Below are positions 10,485 through 20,001 of a stretch of 64,000 nt of DNA, piece after piece. This DNA is from a virus. Position numbers and translations under genes: made by a program. Position 1 is the stretch's first letter; the number at the start of each line of letters is the position of its first letter. The notes under the pieces were generated by a model. The model was not told the DNA's origin. It searched no databases and saw only the letters and a list, made by a program, of their open reading frames with translations. The stretch covers positions 10,081 to 74,080 of the IMG/VR virus record IMGVR_UViG_3300032309_002624; one strand, 5' to 3'.

Positions 10485-11513
10485 TTAGTTATTTTTTATA
10501 ATACATTTTAATATCTCATCCTTATAATCTGCAACAGTATCAAAGGCTTTCTGTATGTTTTCAAAATCAAACTCATGAGATACTATTTTTTCGATTTCTT
10601 CATCTCCTGTATAATTTACCACACAATCATCTAATGTTTGGTTAGACCTACGAACATTTTTGATTGTTAATTCTTTTGTTCTCATTCTGTGCGGGTTGTA
10701 GGAAACAAAATCAGATTCAGGAATACCAATCAACGCAACTCTACCATTAACGGCTGCCACGTTGATACATCCATCAATAGATTCTGTGGTACCACCAGTG
10801 TCGATTGTTAAAGTCGAACCCATTCCGTGAGTTAACTCTTTAATTTTTTTACTGTAGTCGTCAGCTAACAAGAATGTTTCTTTCGCTCCAAATTTTTTGG
10901 CAAAATCAACTCTGTAAGGAAGTTTGTCAATCATGAATATATCTTTGAGTCCCATCTTTTTCAAAATAGAAAACATACATAATCCAATCGGACCCGCTCC
11001 AAATATTGTTGCTGATTCGGTAAACTTAGGTTCTATTAAGTTTGCGGTGTGAAGACATACTCCAAGGGGTTCTAACAAACTCGCCAAATTAAATGACATG
11101 GAGTCGGGTATCTTAACTAATTGTAGTTCCTCGACAATAACATAATCGGCAAATGCTCCTTGTGAATTTGCACCCATAAAGGTACCTTTGTCACATAGAT
11201 TATGTTTACCTTTTAAAGACCAATAGGATGTTATGCAAGGCATTCCAGGTTCTACTGCAACTCTGTCACCGTCTTTGAATTTAGTTGACCCATTTGAATC
11301 AACTACGACACCAGATGGTTCGTGTCCCATATACATGGGTAAGGGGTTTTTGAAGGAACCGAGTCCTCCTTCTTTAAAATAATGCATATCGGAACCACAA
11401 ATCCCGACAGATTTCATTGAGACAAGTAATTGACCCTCTTTTAATTTTGGGATTTCTTCTTCAAAAATTTCAATTTTTCTTATCTGAATTAGTTTTGCTA
11501 CTCTGTTCTTCAT
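10485..11513 (-). CDS. Zn-dependent (sorbitol/polyol dehydrogenase-like) medium-chain dehydrogenase
   Basis: GICGSDMH, GHE, GDRVAVEPG, LEPL, GAGPIG. Confidence 0.9.
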   Translation of the reverse strand: MKNRVAKLIQIRKIEIFEEEIPKLKEGQLLVSMKSVGICGSDMHYFKEGGLGSFKNPLPMYMGHEPSGVVVDSNGSTKFKDGDRVAVEPGMPCITSYWSLKGKHNLCDKGTFMGANSQGAFADYVIVEELQLVKIPDSMSFNLASLLEPLGVCLHTANLIEPKFTESATIFGAGPIGLCMFSILKKMGLKDIFMIDKLPYRVDFAKKFGAKETFLLADDYSKKIKELTHGMGSTLTIDTGGTTESIDGCINVAAVNGRVALIGIPESDFVSYNPHRMRTKELTIKNVRRSNQTLDDCVVNYTGDEEIEKIVSHEFDFENIQKAFDTVADYKDEILKCIIKNN

Positions 11514-12633
11514 AATCAATTAAAGCTTGTTTTAAAACATCACAAATGTAATCTACCTCAGATAAACTCAATTCAGGATAAAGAGGTGGGCATATGTGGT
11601 GTTTACAATAATAGTCAGTATTTGGTAAATTTACAGAGGAAAATTGTTCTTTGTATAAAGGTTGTTGATGAACTGGTATTTTATATACCTCTCCAGTCAA
11701 TGTAATATTTCTGTCTTTACAATATTTTTTCAACCATTCTCCATCAATAGGTGTGATAACGATTGCTTTGTAGTTGGCACAAATCCCTTTTCCTTTTTGT
11801 GTTAAAACTTTGTATTTTGTTTTTTCTAAATTCTTTTTGTATCTCTGAAGTAGATATTCCCTATCTAAAATTCTTTTGTTAACTCTATCAAGTTCAATAC
11901 ATCCTAACAAAGATGTGAACTCGTTAATCTTAAAATTATTTCCTTCAGGGTTTACGATTATTCCACCGTCATTAAGAGCTCTTCCGAAATTCTTTAATGA
12001 CTTCATTTTTTCGTAATATGTTTTGTTATTTGTTGTAATCATACCTCCCTCACCTGTTGTCATCACTTTTGTTGGGAAAAACGAAAATGTTCCAATGTCC
12101 CCAATAGAACCTGCTCTGTGTGTCCCTTTTAATGAAAAGTGTGCGTGTGCTGCGTCTTCAACTAACGGAACTTTATGTTTATTACAGATGTTTAATATTT
12201 TTGTAATATTGTGGCTAATAATACCACCTATGTGTACTATGATTACAGCACCAACTTCTGAACTGATTTTATTTTCTAAATCTTTATAATCGATTGAAAA
12301 TGAGTCTGGTTCCATATCTAAAAGTTCTATGATACCACCAGCGTTTGTTACTGCAACACTTGTTGCAAAGAATGTGTTTGATGGCATCAAAACTTTTTTT
12401 CCTTTAACGTCAATTGCCTTCAGAGCCAATTCTATTGCGGTTGTACCGTTTGAACATGCGAGTGCGTGTTTCGAATCGCTCATCTGAGCAAATCTTTCCT
12501 CGAATTCTTTAGTATATTTTGATTCTCCTAATGGTCTGTCTGATGATAAAATATCCCAAGAACCTTTCAAAAATTTTATTTTTGATTTAAAATCAAATTT
12601 TAATCTGAAAATTGGAATGTTCATTTTTTTCAT
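11470..12633 (-). CDS. DegT/DnrJ/EryC1/StrS PLP-dependent sugar aminotransferase
   Basis: SNGTTA, EDAAHA, FSFFPTKVMTTGEGG (PLP Lys), PLYP. Confidence 0.92.
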   Translation of the reverse strand: MKKMNIPIFRLKFDFKSKIKFLKGSWDILSSDRPLGESKYTKEFEERFAQMSDSKHALACSNGTTAIELALKAIDVKGKKVLMPSNTFFATSVAVTNAGGIIELLDMEPDSFSIDYKDLENKISSEVGAVIIVHIGGIISHNITKILNICNKHKVPLVEDAAHAHFSLKGTHRAGSIGDIGTFSFFPTKVMTTGEGGMITTNNKTYYEKMKSLKNFGRALNDGGIIVNPEGNNFKINEFTSLLGCIELDRVNKRILDREYLLQRYKKNLEKTKYKVLTQKGKGICANYKAIVITPIDGEWLKKYCKDRNITLTGEVYKIPVHQQPLYKEQFSSVNLPNTDYYCKHHICPPLYPELSLSEVDYICDVLKQALIDYEEQSSKTNSDKKN

Positions 12634-13268
12634 AATTTATAAACTTTTTTTACTTTTGATGGTACCCCTGCCACCATAACATTTGGAGGTACGTTTTCAA
12701 TAACTACAGAACCTGCAGCAACTATTGAATTGGCGCCGATTTGTATTTTAGGTATAATAGTACTACCCGCACTTATAAAACAATTTTCACCGATTTCTAC
12801 ATAACCACATAGAGTACTGTTTGGTGAAATTTGACTATAATCTCCGATGTAACAGTCGTGTTCAACAACTGAATTTGTGTTTATTATGGTACAATTACCA
12901 ATTATTGAATCTATATGAACCACCGCATTCGGACATATTAAATTACCATGTCCTATTCTCCTTGTTTCAACAACTGAGGATGGGTGGATACAGTTGAGAG
13001 GTTCTTTTTTTGTGTGATTTTTTATTAATTCGTAATGTTTTTTTCTCATTTCATTATCACCTGTTGCAATGAAATAATCCACATTAGTATTTTTGATATG
13101 GTCTAATGACTTTTCAACCGTTGAATATAACCTGTTAATTATTATTTCTTCTGCGAAACATTCCACATAATACAAATTGTAGTGTGGGTGTGTTAATTTA
13201 AAAATATTAGTCGCAATTTTGGCTCCAGCTGAGCCTCCGACTATTAGTATTGATTTTGGTTCACTCAT
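12630..13268 (-). CDS. PglD/NeuD-like hexapeptide-repeat acetyltransferase
   Basis: IHPS, NTNSVVEHDC, left-handed beta-helix repeats, GVP terminus. Confidence 0.9.
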   Translation of the reverse strand: MSEPKSILIVGGSAGAKIATNIFKLTHPHYNLYYVECFAEEIIINRLYSTVEKSLDHIKNTNVDYFIATGDNEMRKKHYELIKNHTKKEPLNCIHPSSVVETRRIGHGNLICPNAVVHIDSIIGNCTIINTNSVVEHDCYIGDYSQISPNSTLCGYVEIGENCFISAGSTIIPKIQIGANSIVAAGSVVIENVPPNVMVAGVPSKVKKVYKL

Positions 13269-14095
13269 ATAATTTGAATAGGTAAATCTTCGTTATACAT
13301 TCCCCAGTTTTCTGAGTTTGTGGTTTCTGTAAAATCTTTTATAATTGAATTTTGGTCTGACATTGGAGGTACTGACTCATCTTCATCCCTATCACCATTT
13401 TTACCGTGATTGAGGTGGAAAATATAATGGTCTAAAACTTGTATTGTCGAATAATAAGAGGCTTTCTTCATAACGTTTGTATCAATACCGCATCCGAACA
13501 ATATAGATTCTTCAAAACCTTTCATTTGATTCCAAACATTCCTGTGTCCAATTTGATAATCACCACAACAATTAATCAAAGACCATTTGTCTTCTTCTGT
13601 CCCAAACCTTTCCTTAGTCCCGTATCCGTCACGATTATCCCAAAGTGATTTGTATAAACTTTCGTATTCATTGAATGATAAATGAAAAGATTCATCCACG
13701 TCTCTTCTAGGGACAGTATAAAATATGTTTTCGTTTAAAACAGTGTTATCAATTGGAGTTGATACTATATCAATATTTGTTGAAATTATGTATTCGTGAG
13801 AAGCGCGTCTTATTGCGATATTTCTACCAATCGATTCAATTATTGTATAGTTGGATATATCAGGATATTTTTCTGACAAGAGTTCCTTTGATACTTGAAC
13901 CCATTTCAATTTTCCTGTGTGAGGTAAATTCTGTTTTATATTTGAAATAACCCCCTCCCCGTTTTTGGTTTTCCAATCCACAAATATAACTTCGTCATGG
14001 TGTTCAATTAGTGAAGTTAAACCCATGGTTGTTCGTTTGTGCAAATTACCTCCGTAGTTATCGTTTCTTGAAGTTAGAACTACTGTTTTTTTCAT
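13265..14095 (-). CDS. GT-A fold putative glycosyltransferase
   Basis: SRNDNYGG, VDW, RNIAIRRA, TNID, GDYQ, GFEE, HLNH. Confidence 0.7.
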   Translation of the reverse strand: MKKTVVLTSRNDNYGGNLHKRTTMGLTSLIEHHDEVIFVDWKTKNGEGVISNIKQNLPHTGKLKWVQVSKELLSEKYPDISNYTIIESIGRNIAIRRASHEYIISTNIDIVSTPIDNTVLNENIFYTVPRRDVDESFHLSFNEYESLYKSLWDNRDGYGTKERFGTEEDKWSLINCCGDYQIGHRNVWNQMKGFEESILFGCGIDTNVMKKASYYSTIQVLDHYIFHLNHGKNGDRDEDESVPPMSDQNSIIKDFTETTNSENWGMYNEDLPIQII

Positions 14096-14749
14096 TTAAA
14101 TTCTTTTATATAGTTTGTCACAAAACGATTTACCATTCACTGAACTTATATGATGTTCACTATCTCTAACATGAGTAAATCCTTCAGATATAATCTTATT
14201 ATTTACTGCAAAATCAAAGTCTGAACCTAAGTCACTAACTTCTATTATGATGTATGTAAATTTATCGAGGTTGTCTCCAATTCCTTCTAATACCTGTAGT
14301 TCCGCACCTTCAGTATCGATGTTCAGTAAATCATAATCAGAAAAACTTAATCCCTCCCTTTCAAATAAGGTTTTAATTGTGATTGTTTTTGTTTTAATAA
14401 TATCTCCTTGTTGTTGAATTAAAGAACTTGAATCTTGGTTGTTAGGTGGACAATACAAGTTTAGTTCCAAATCATCATAGTTCCAAGCCGCCAAATTATA
14501 AATTTTCTGACCGAATTGTTCAATCTCATTTTTAAACATTTCGTATGAATTTGGATTTGCCTCTAAAAAAATTGTATTATTTCCACAATAGTGTGCGTAT
14601 TGTTTCGCCTCCCAAGCGTCCCAAGCACCAATATGTAGGACTCCTTTAGGATACCAATCCAAATTATAAAACAATCCTTTATTGTTACCGAATTGATTTT
14701 CACCGACAGGGTTCGGGTCTTTATCCCAAAATGCTCCAAATAAACTCAT
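14096..14749 (-). CDS. FkbM-family methyltransferase
   Basis: VLHIGA, EANP, SSSL, LNIDTEGAELQVLEG. Confidence 0.88.
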   Translation of the reverse strand: MSLFGAFWDKDPNPVGENQFGNNKGLFYNLDWYPKGVLHIGAWDAWEAKQYAHYCGNNTIFLEANPNSYEMFKNEIEQFGQKIYNLAAWNYDDLELNLYCPPNNQDSSSLIQQQGDIIKTKTITIKTLFEREGLSFSDYDLLNIDTEGAELQVLEGIGDNLDKFTYIIIEVSDLGSDFDFAVNNKIISEGFTHVRDSEHHISSVNGKSFCDKLYKRI

Positions 14750-14750
14750 T

Positions 14751-15425
14751 TTATTTTCTTTTTAATATTATTTCTTCGGTGTAATGCCCAACATTGTTTA
14801 TTGAGATTAATTCCCATTCGACCAAATTGTCTAATAACCATTCTTTACTAAAAAAGGTGACTTTAATAATACTTTTTGGGTTCCAATTATCAAAATCGGT
14901 ATCAATATAGTTGTCGTGATTAATATCATTTACACTTTGGTTTATCATCCCATCGTACATTGTAAAAATACATCCGCTATTTGCGACTTGTGCTAAATTT
15001 GAAAATACTGCTGATTTAAATTGCGCGGGAATATGCGGTAATACTGCGTTAGTAAACATGTAATCAAATTTGATTGGAAACTTATCTTCAAAGCTTTCAG
15101 TTAAATCTGACTGAACAAATTTTAAATTGTCTGTCTCGTATTGTTTTGCGTAATTAATTCTATTGTCGGATAAATCAATTCCGTATGTATTCTTAAATTC
15201 ATCACTTAATGTACGAGTAAAATACCCAAATGCACATCCAACATCCAAACAATTTTTTTCATTTAAATTAGTAATGTTATTTTTAATTCTTGGTATTAAA
15301 TTTTCCTTCATCCAATTAACATCTCTTTCAGGATAACCAGTTTCATGACCAGGAGTCCCTTCGGGATTAATTGAACTTTCGTTTTCAAAGTATTCTTTCA
15401 AATGACCTTTAATATTTTCTATCAT
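14751..15425 (-). CDS. Class I SAM-dependent methyltransferase
   Basis: CLDVGCAFG, GIDLS, FDY...VLPHI. Confidence 0.88.
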   Translation of the reverse strand: MIENIKGHLKEYFENESSINPEGTPGHETGYPERDVNWMKENLIPRIKNNITNLNEKNCLDVGCAFGYFTRTLSDEFKNTYGIDLSDNRINYAKQYETDNLKFVQSDLTESFEDKFPIKFDYMFTNAVLPHIPAQFKSAVFSNLAQVANSGCIFTMYDGMINQSVNDINHDNYIDTDFDNWNPKSIIKVTFFSKEWLLDNLVEWELISINNVGHYTEEIILKRK

Positions 15426-15426
15426 C

Positions 15427-15810
15427 TTAATTGTATTTTACATATTCTTTTACTTCTCTTATTTCGGAGTCGGTAATAAGGTTTATTTCGTTTTTCAATC
15501 TAAATCTTTCATCGTTTGTGAAATACACTTTTCTTGCTAAATCGACAAACTCTCCCTCAAATCTTTTTTCAGTTTCTAAAACTCTTAACTTGTCTTCAAC
15601 ATCCCAAAGTTTTTCATTTATATCACATAACTGATGGTATAAGGATTCAATTTCTGACGAATCCAAATGAACCGATGATAGATTATAAAGTAGTTCGAAT
15701 TCTTTATTAACCAAAGTTAATTTTTCTTCGTTACTTATTTTAATTTTTTTCACTTGCAGGATTGATAATTTATCTATCAATTCTCCGACACTAACTGGTA
15801 CGTAAATCAT
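15427..15810 (-). CDS. DUF6165-like protein
   Basis: PVSVGELIDKLSIL, LWDVED, ARKVYFTNDERF, EVKEY. Confidence 0.8.
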   Translation of the reverse strand: MIYVPVSVGELIDKLSILQVKKIKISNEEKLTLVNKEFELLYNLSSVHLDSSEIESLYHQLCDINEKLWDVEDKLRVLETEKRFEGEFVDLARKVYFTNDERFRLKNEINLITDSEIREVKEYVKYN

Positions 15811-16511
15811 TTTATATATGTTAAATCTTTATCAAACATGTGTTCTACCTGATGAAAACTCGGAGGATTGTGTCTTGAATATACTGTAACATTTTTTAAA
15901 CCTAATTTATTAATTATGTACAATATTGAGGTTTCAACCGTGTATATATGTTTGGCTTTTATTAATAATCCAATCCAATCGAAAAGGTTATCCCATCCGA
16001 GATAAGTCATTTCAATTGAATTCTCATAATGTCCCATGTGTGGGCATGGCTTAGAATCTGGCGGTGAGCCAAACATTCTATTAACTAAAACAAATTCTTT
16101 ATCTCCAACACCGAAATGGTCAATTAATTTTTGTTCTCTTTCAAGATTTCTTTCAAATGTGAAATGGTCAACCCAATCGCTAAAATCCATATTGAGTAAT
16201 TTGTATTTTGCATGCATGATAGGTCCATCGTAATGTCTATCGAAATGTTGAATAGGTAGATAAACATCATTCACATTAATAACCATAGGTTTGGAATACC
16301 CTTCGTTGTAAATGTTTCTATGTGGAAAATCGGCATTTTCATTTACAAAGATTAAGTTATCAATTTTGATATAATCTTTAATGAATTCGAATTGAGAAAT
16401 TACAGGCCATATAACAGTATACCCTTTTGAGATATAATCTTTGGCAATTTTTTGAGTAAAAAAAATATCACCAATTCCTGCGGGTTGTCTTATTAAACAA
16501 ATTTTAGACAT
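15807..16511 (-). CDS. Putative glycosyltransferase (GT9/GT-B-like)
   Basis: QPAGIGDIFF, FDWIGLLIKAKHIYTVETS. Confidence 0.55.
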   Translation of the reverse strand: MSKICLIRQPAGIGDIFFTQKIAKDYISKGYTVIWPVISQFEFIKDYIKIDNLIFVNENADFPHRNIYNEGYSKPMVINVNDVYLPIQHFDRHYDGPIMHAKYKLLNMDFSDWVDHFTFERNLEREQKLIDHFGVGDKEFVLVNRMFGSPPDSKPCPHMGHYENSIEMTYLGWDNLFDWIGLLIKAKHIYTVETSILYIINKLGLKNVTVYSRHNPPSFHQVEHMFDKDLTYIK

Positions 16512-17322
16512 ATTCTTTTAAATAGTTTTCAAAAATCCAATCGTCCAAAACACTGTATTTTTGAACTCTGTCGTAATTGTCTTTTATTGCCTCCATTTTT
16601 GATTGGTATAATTCTTCAGTTAATTGGGATAGGTCAAACATACCTTCAAAAAAGATTATACCATCAGGGTTAAAATATTCTACAACTTTTTTTGTTCCCA
16701 TGTAAATCGGGATAGTTCCTGTTGCAAAACAATCTAATATTTTTTCAGTGAAGTAGGTATCATATGTATCATTTTCAACCGCAAATGAAAACATATAATC
16801 TTTTAGTCCAACTTCCTTGTTTGGTATTTCGTTAATACCTCTACCAAATACATCAATCTTATCAATATTATTCATTGCAAAATCATGTCTGATTTCGTGT
16901 TGACGAGTCCATCTTTTATTCGATGTAATCATAGAAGCCATCTTAGTTTTTGGATGGATTCCAAATTCTTTAATATAACTACCATAAGCTGGTGTCCACT
17001 TGAACTTTGGGTGTAATGAGAGTAATTCATCATTATGAGTCCAAATCTGTTCAAAAGTGTTAAGAACCTCATCTAAGTTTGATTTGATATTATCAATTGC
17101 TCCCCCATCAAATTTTCTTGACTCAATAACCCAAAGGAATTTTTTCTTATTCCCATTATCTATTTTATGGTCTTCAATGGCCTTGAATAAGTCATTATCT
17201 AAATAAACTGAAATTGGGTTGTCGTAACTGTTAAAACACCATTCAATTAGTTGAGGAGCTTTATTTGCGGTAGAACCTTTATCATGTGAAAAGTTCCTTG
17301 ATAACATGTTTAATTTAACCAT
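16504..17322 (-). CDS. GT10-family (alpha-1,3-fucosyltransferase-like) glycosyltransferase
   Basis: YMFSFAVEN...YFTEKILDCFATGTIPIYMG is the GT10 signature. Confidence 0.85.
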   Translation of the reverse strand: MVKLNMLSRNFSHDKGSTANKAPQLIEWCFNSYDNPISVYLDNDLFKAIEDHKIDNGNKKKFLWVIESRKFDGGAIDNIKSNLDEVLNTFEQIWTHNDELLSLHPKFKWTPAYGSYIKEFGIHPKTKMASMITSNKRWTRQHEIRHDFAMNNIDKIDVFGRGINEIPNKEVGLKDYMFSFAVENDTYDTYFTEKILDCFATGTIPIYMGTKKVVEYFNPDGIIFFEGMFDLSQLTEELYQSKMEAIKDNYDRVQKYSVLDDWIFENYLKEYV

Positions 17323-18119
17323 CCGTCTTCGTATTTTACTTCAAGTACTGTCCAATATGGTTCATAAATGTCTTTATAATTTCTTGGTCCTCTAGGTCCA
17401 AACCAAATTGAAGGTGCTACTATTTTTTTATTATGGTTTTTGTTTAAGAAACTTGCCCACCATGAGAAGGTTGAATTAACTATGATGTTGTTTTTACATA
17501 ATGACATTAACCACATTTCCCTGTAATCTTCGTCTTCTACGTAAGTTACGTTTTCAAATTTTAGGTTTTCCTTTACCCACTCTTTGTCATCACTGAAAAC
17601 AAATACGTGAGAGTATTCACCAATTTCTTTAACCGCTCTCTCGATGTATTTCTCAGTCGCAATTGGGTGAATATCTGGATTCATAAAACAATCACCTCTT
17701 CTGATGTGAACAGACAATGTGTTTTCTTGTTTTAGTTCAGGGTATCTTTCCACCATCTCACTGACGAATTCTTCCGTAGGTGAGAATATGTTTCTAATTC
17801 TATCATCATGACCTAAAAAGTTTTTTGAACTTTGAAAGTATCCGTCGAATACGGTATTACCTTCTTTCACGAATACATCAATGTATTCCCACGGACCTTC
17901 ACTAACTTTTTCAAACCCATCAATATTGTCAACAAACTTCATGTTTCTGAAAATATTATTTAGGTAGTTTTCTGTTTGTCTGCCTTGCATTGGTGTCCAA
18001 GACCTTGGAACGAAAACTACATCCCTGTTGTGGGTAATTCCCTGTGCAATAGCGTGGGCCGCTTGAAAAATTTGATTACCTAACCCACCCATTAAATTAC
18101 ACGATATTAAATTGCTCAT
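17310..18119 (-). CDS. GT11-family alpha-1,2-fucosyltransferase
   Basis: GGLGNQIFQ, GYFQS, VHIRRGD, FSDD, NSTFSWW. Confidence 0.92.
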   Translation of the reverse strand: MSNLISCNLMGGLGNQIFQAAHAIAQGITHNRDVVFVPRSWTPMQGRQTENYLNNIFRNMKFVDNIDGFEKVSEGPWEYIDVFVKEGNTVFDGYFQSSKNFLGHDDRIRNIFSPTEEFVSEMVERYPELKQENTLSVHIRRGDCFMNPDIHPIATEKYIERAVKEIGEYSHVFVFSDDKEWVKENLKFENVTYVEDEDYREMWLMSLCKNNIIVNSTFSWWASFLNKNHNKKIVAPSIWFGPRGPRNYKDIYEPYWTVLEVKYEDGWLN

Positions 18120-18844
18120 CTAACTAATTTTTTTAATTTTGTTTTATTTCTTATTATGTTTGCACATCTCTCTTGTTCTTGATGACCTCCACCTGTTGCA
18201 CTACCTGGTTTGTGGTCATTGTATGGTGATTCTGCATTATAAACATAATACAAATTAGATAAGAATCTATAATTTTCCTCTCCCGCTAATTCTAAAAGTG
18301 AAAAGGTGTATGCAACATCTGCCGCAGATTTGAAGTATTCACCGTCGTCATCTCTAAGATAATCTTTAGGGATTGCTTTCCATAGAAAAGTTTTCCATGT
18401 TCTTAGATGAGAAAACCTGAAAGCGTCTTTACGAACCGTATTTGGATTACATTCCATAGAAAATCCGCTTTCACCACTTGAGTACATGAATGAGCCATTA
18501 GTTAACCAAATGTTTCCGTCAGAATACGTTTTACGAATATCCCCAACAACATCAGAATTTAATAAAAAATCATCACCGTCTAACTCAATCACAATATCTT
18601 CATCATCAAATGTTAATATAAGTTCATCCAAATTTTTTAATTTGAACTTTTTTTCGGTATTAACAATTAGTTTGAATCTTGGGTCCTCGGATATTAAGGA
18701 TTTGCACACCCCAACAGAATTGTCGGTAGACATGTCGTCAATAATGTAAACTTCGAAATCACTATCCTTTTGGGACTTCAAAGTTCTAATACAGTTTTTA
18801 ATGTATTTTTCTGCGTTCCAAACGCATACTACAAATTTTATCAT
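18116..18844 (-). CDS. GT2-family glycosyltransferase
   Basis: WNAEKYI, IDDMSTD, LDGDD, SHLRT, LYYVYN. Confidence 0.88.
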   Translation of the reverse strand: MIKFVVCVWNAEKYIKNCIRTLKSQKDSDFEVYIIDDMSTDNSVGVCKSLISEDPRFKLIVNTEKKFKLKNLDELILTFDDEDIVIELDGDDFLLNSDVVGDIRKTYSDGNIWLTNGSFMYSSGESGFSMECNPNTVRKDAFRFSHLRTWKTFLWKAIPKDYLRDDDGEYFKSAADVAYTFSLLELAGEENYRFLSNLYYVYNAESPYNDHKPGSATGGGHQEQERCANIIRNKTKLKKLVR

Positions 18845-20001
18845 TGTAAATTAATTACGAATCCTTCAGGGGTCGTTCCTGGTTTATAAAATTTCAATCT
18901 ACCGTTGTGTTCCTCACTCAAATCTGACAGTTGTTTACTGACAGCATCTATTTCAATAACGTTTAGATAATAACCTTCATTCAGTAAATCCAAACACAGT
19001 TTGAATTGTTGTGATTCTTCTAAGATATCGGTTCCTCTTTTGTAGGTTATGTAGTTCATAACGAAAGGAATTGTTTTATCTGGATTCTGTTTAATGAATA
19101 AATCCTTTAAAAAGGAAGCGTGTTCTTTGTTGAATTCATCTACAGTAAATGGTAGATTAAGTTCCATTCCGAGTTCTTTGGCGTAGTGACCTAAAGCCCT
19201 GTTATCCCTTGGTAAACAAGGTCCACCGAATCCAAAACCATATTTCATATATTTGTTACCAACTCTGGTGTCACCACCAATCGCCTTTAACACTGAGTCA
19301 ATCTCATTACTTAAGTTTGACTTAGTAAGAATATCCCCCATCATATTGGCGTAACTAATTTTAGTTGTTAAAAAACAGTTGATACCTATTTTTGTTATTT
19401 CCGCTGCTTTACATGACATTACATGTGCGTTGACAGGTGTTGTTTGGATTTTAGTATAAATTGAAATTAATTCATTTGCCAATTCTTGATACTCGGTACC
19501 TATCAAAACAATGTCGGACTCTTCAAGACCTTTTACAATTTCACCTTGAGCAATGAACTCAGGATTATATGCAACTTGAATACTAAACATTGATAATCTT
19601 TTCTGAACTTGTTCTACGTCACCAGGGTTAGTTGTACATCCCACAATAAATTTTTTATTGAAAACGGGAATATCTTGTTTAGACGATTCGAAAAAATCAT
19701 TTGCAACTTCAAATACTGCTGAAGTATCGTAACTACCATCGGTAGTGGACGGGGTCGCAACAAAGGTGAATATGATGTCACAATTTTTTATAATTTCAAT
19801 ATTACTGGTTGTTGCACTAAAATTCGTAACCTCAAATAACATTTTTTGTATTAAAGGTTCGTTTGTTATACAAATGTTATTGTTAAGATTAAAAACATAA
19901 TCTTCACGCTTATCGGATACAATCACTTCGTATCCTGCTTTTTCACAAAGAAGTGCGAATGTGAGACCTAATCTACCAGCCCCGATTATTCCTATCTTCA
20001 T
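18841..20001 (-). CDS. UDP-glucose/GDP-mannose 6-dehydrogenase family
   Basis: GAGRLG, FVATP, YNPEF, AEITKIGIN, GFGGPCLPRD (catalytic Cys); shortened C-terminal domain. Confidence 0.9.
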   Translation of the reverse strand: MKIGIIGAGRLGLTFALLCEKAGYEVIVSDKREDYVFNLNNNICITNEPLIQKMLFEVTNFSATTSNIEIIKNCDIIFTFVATPSTTDGSYDTSAVFEVANDFFESSKQDIPVFNKKFIVGCTTNPGDVEQVQKRLSMFSIQVAYNPEFIAQGEIVKGLEESDIVLIGTEYQELANELISIYTKIQTTPVNAHVMSCKAAEITKIGINCFLTTKISYANMMGDILTKSNLSNEIDSVLKAIGGDTRVGNKYMKYGFGFGGPCLPRDNRALGHYAKELGMELNLPFTVDEFNKEHASFLKDLFIKQNPDKTIPFVMNYITYKRGTDILEESQQFKLCLDLLNEGYYLNVIEIDAVSKQLSDLSEEHNGRLKFYKPGTTPEGFVINLQ

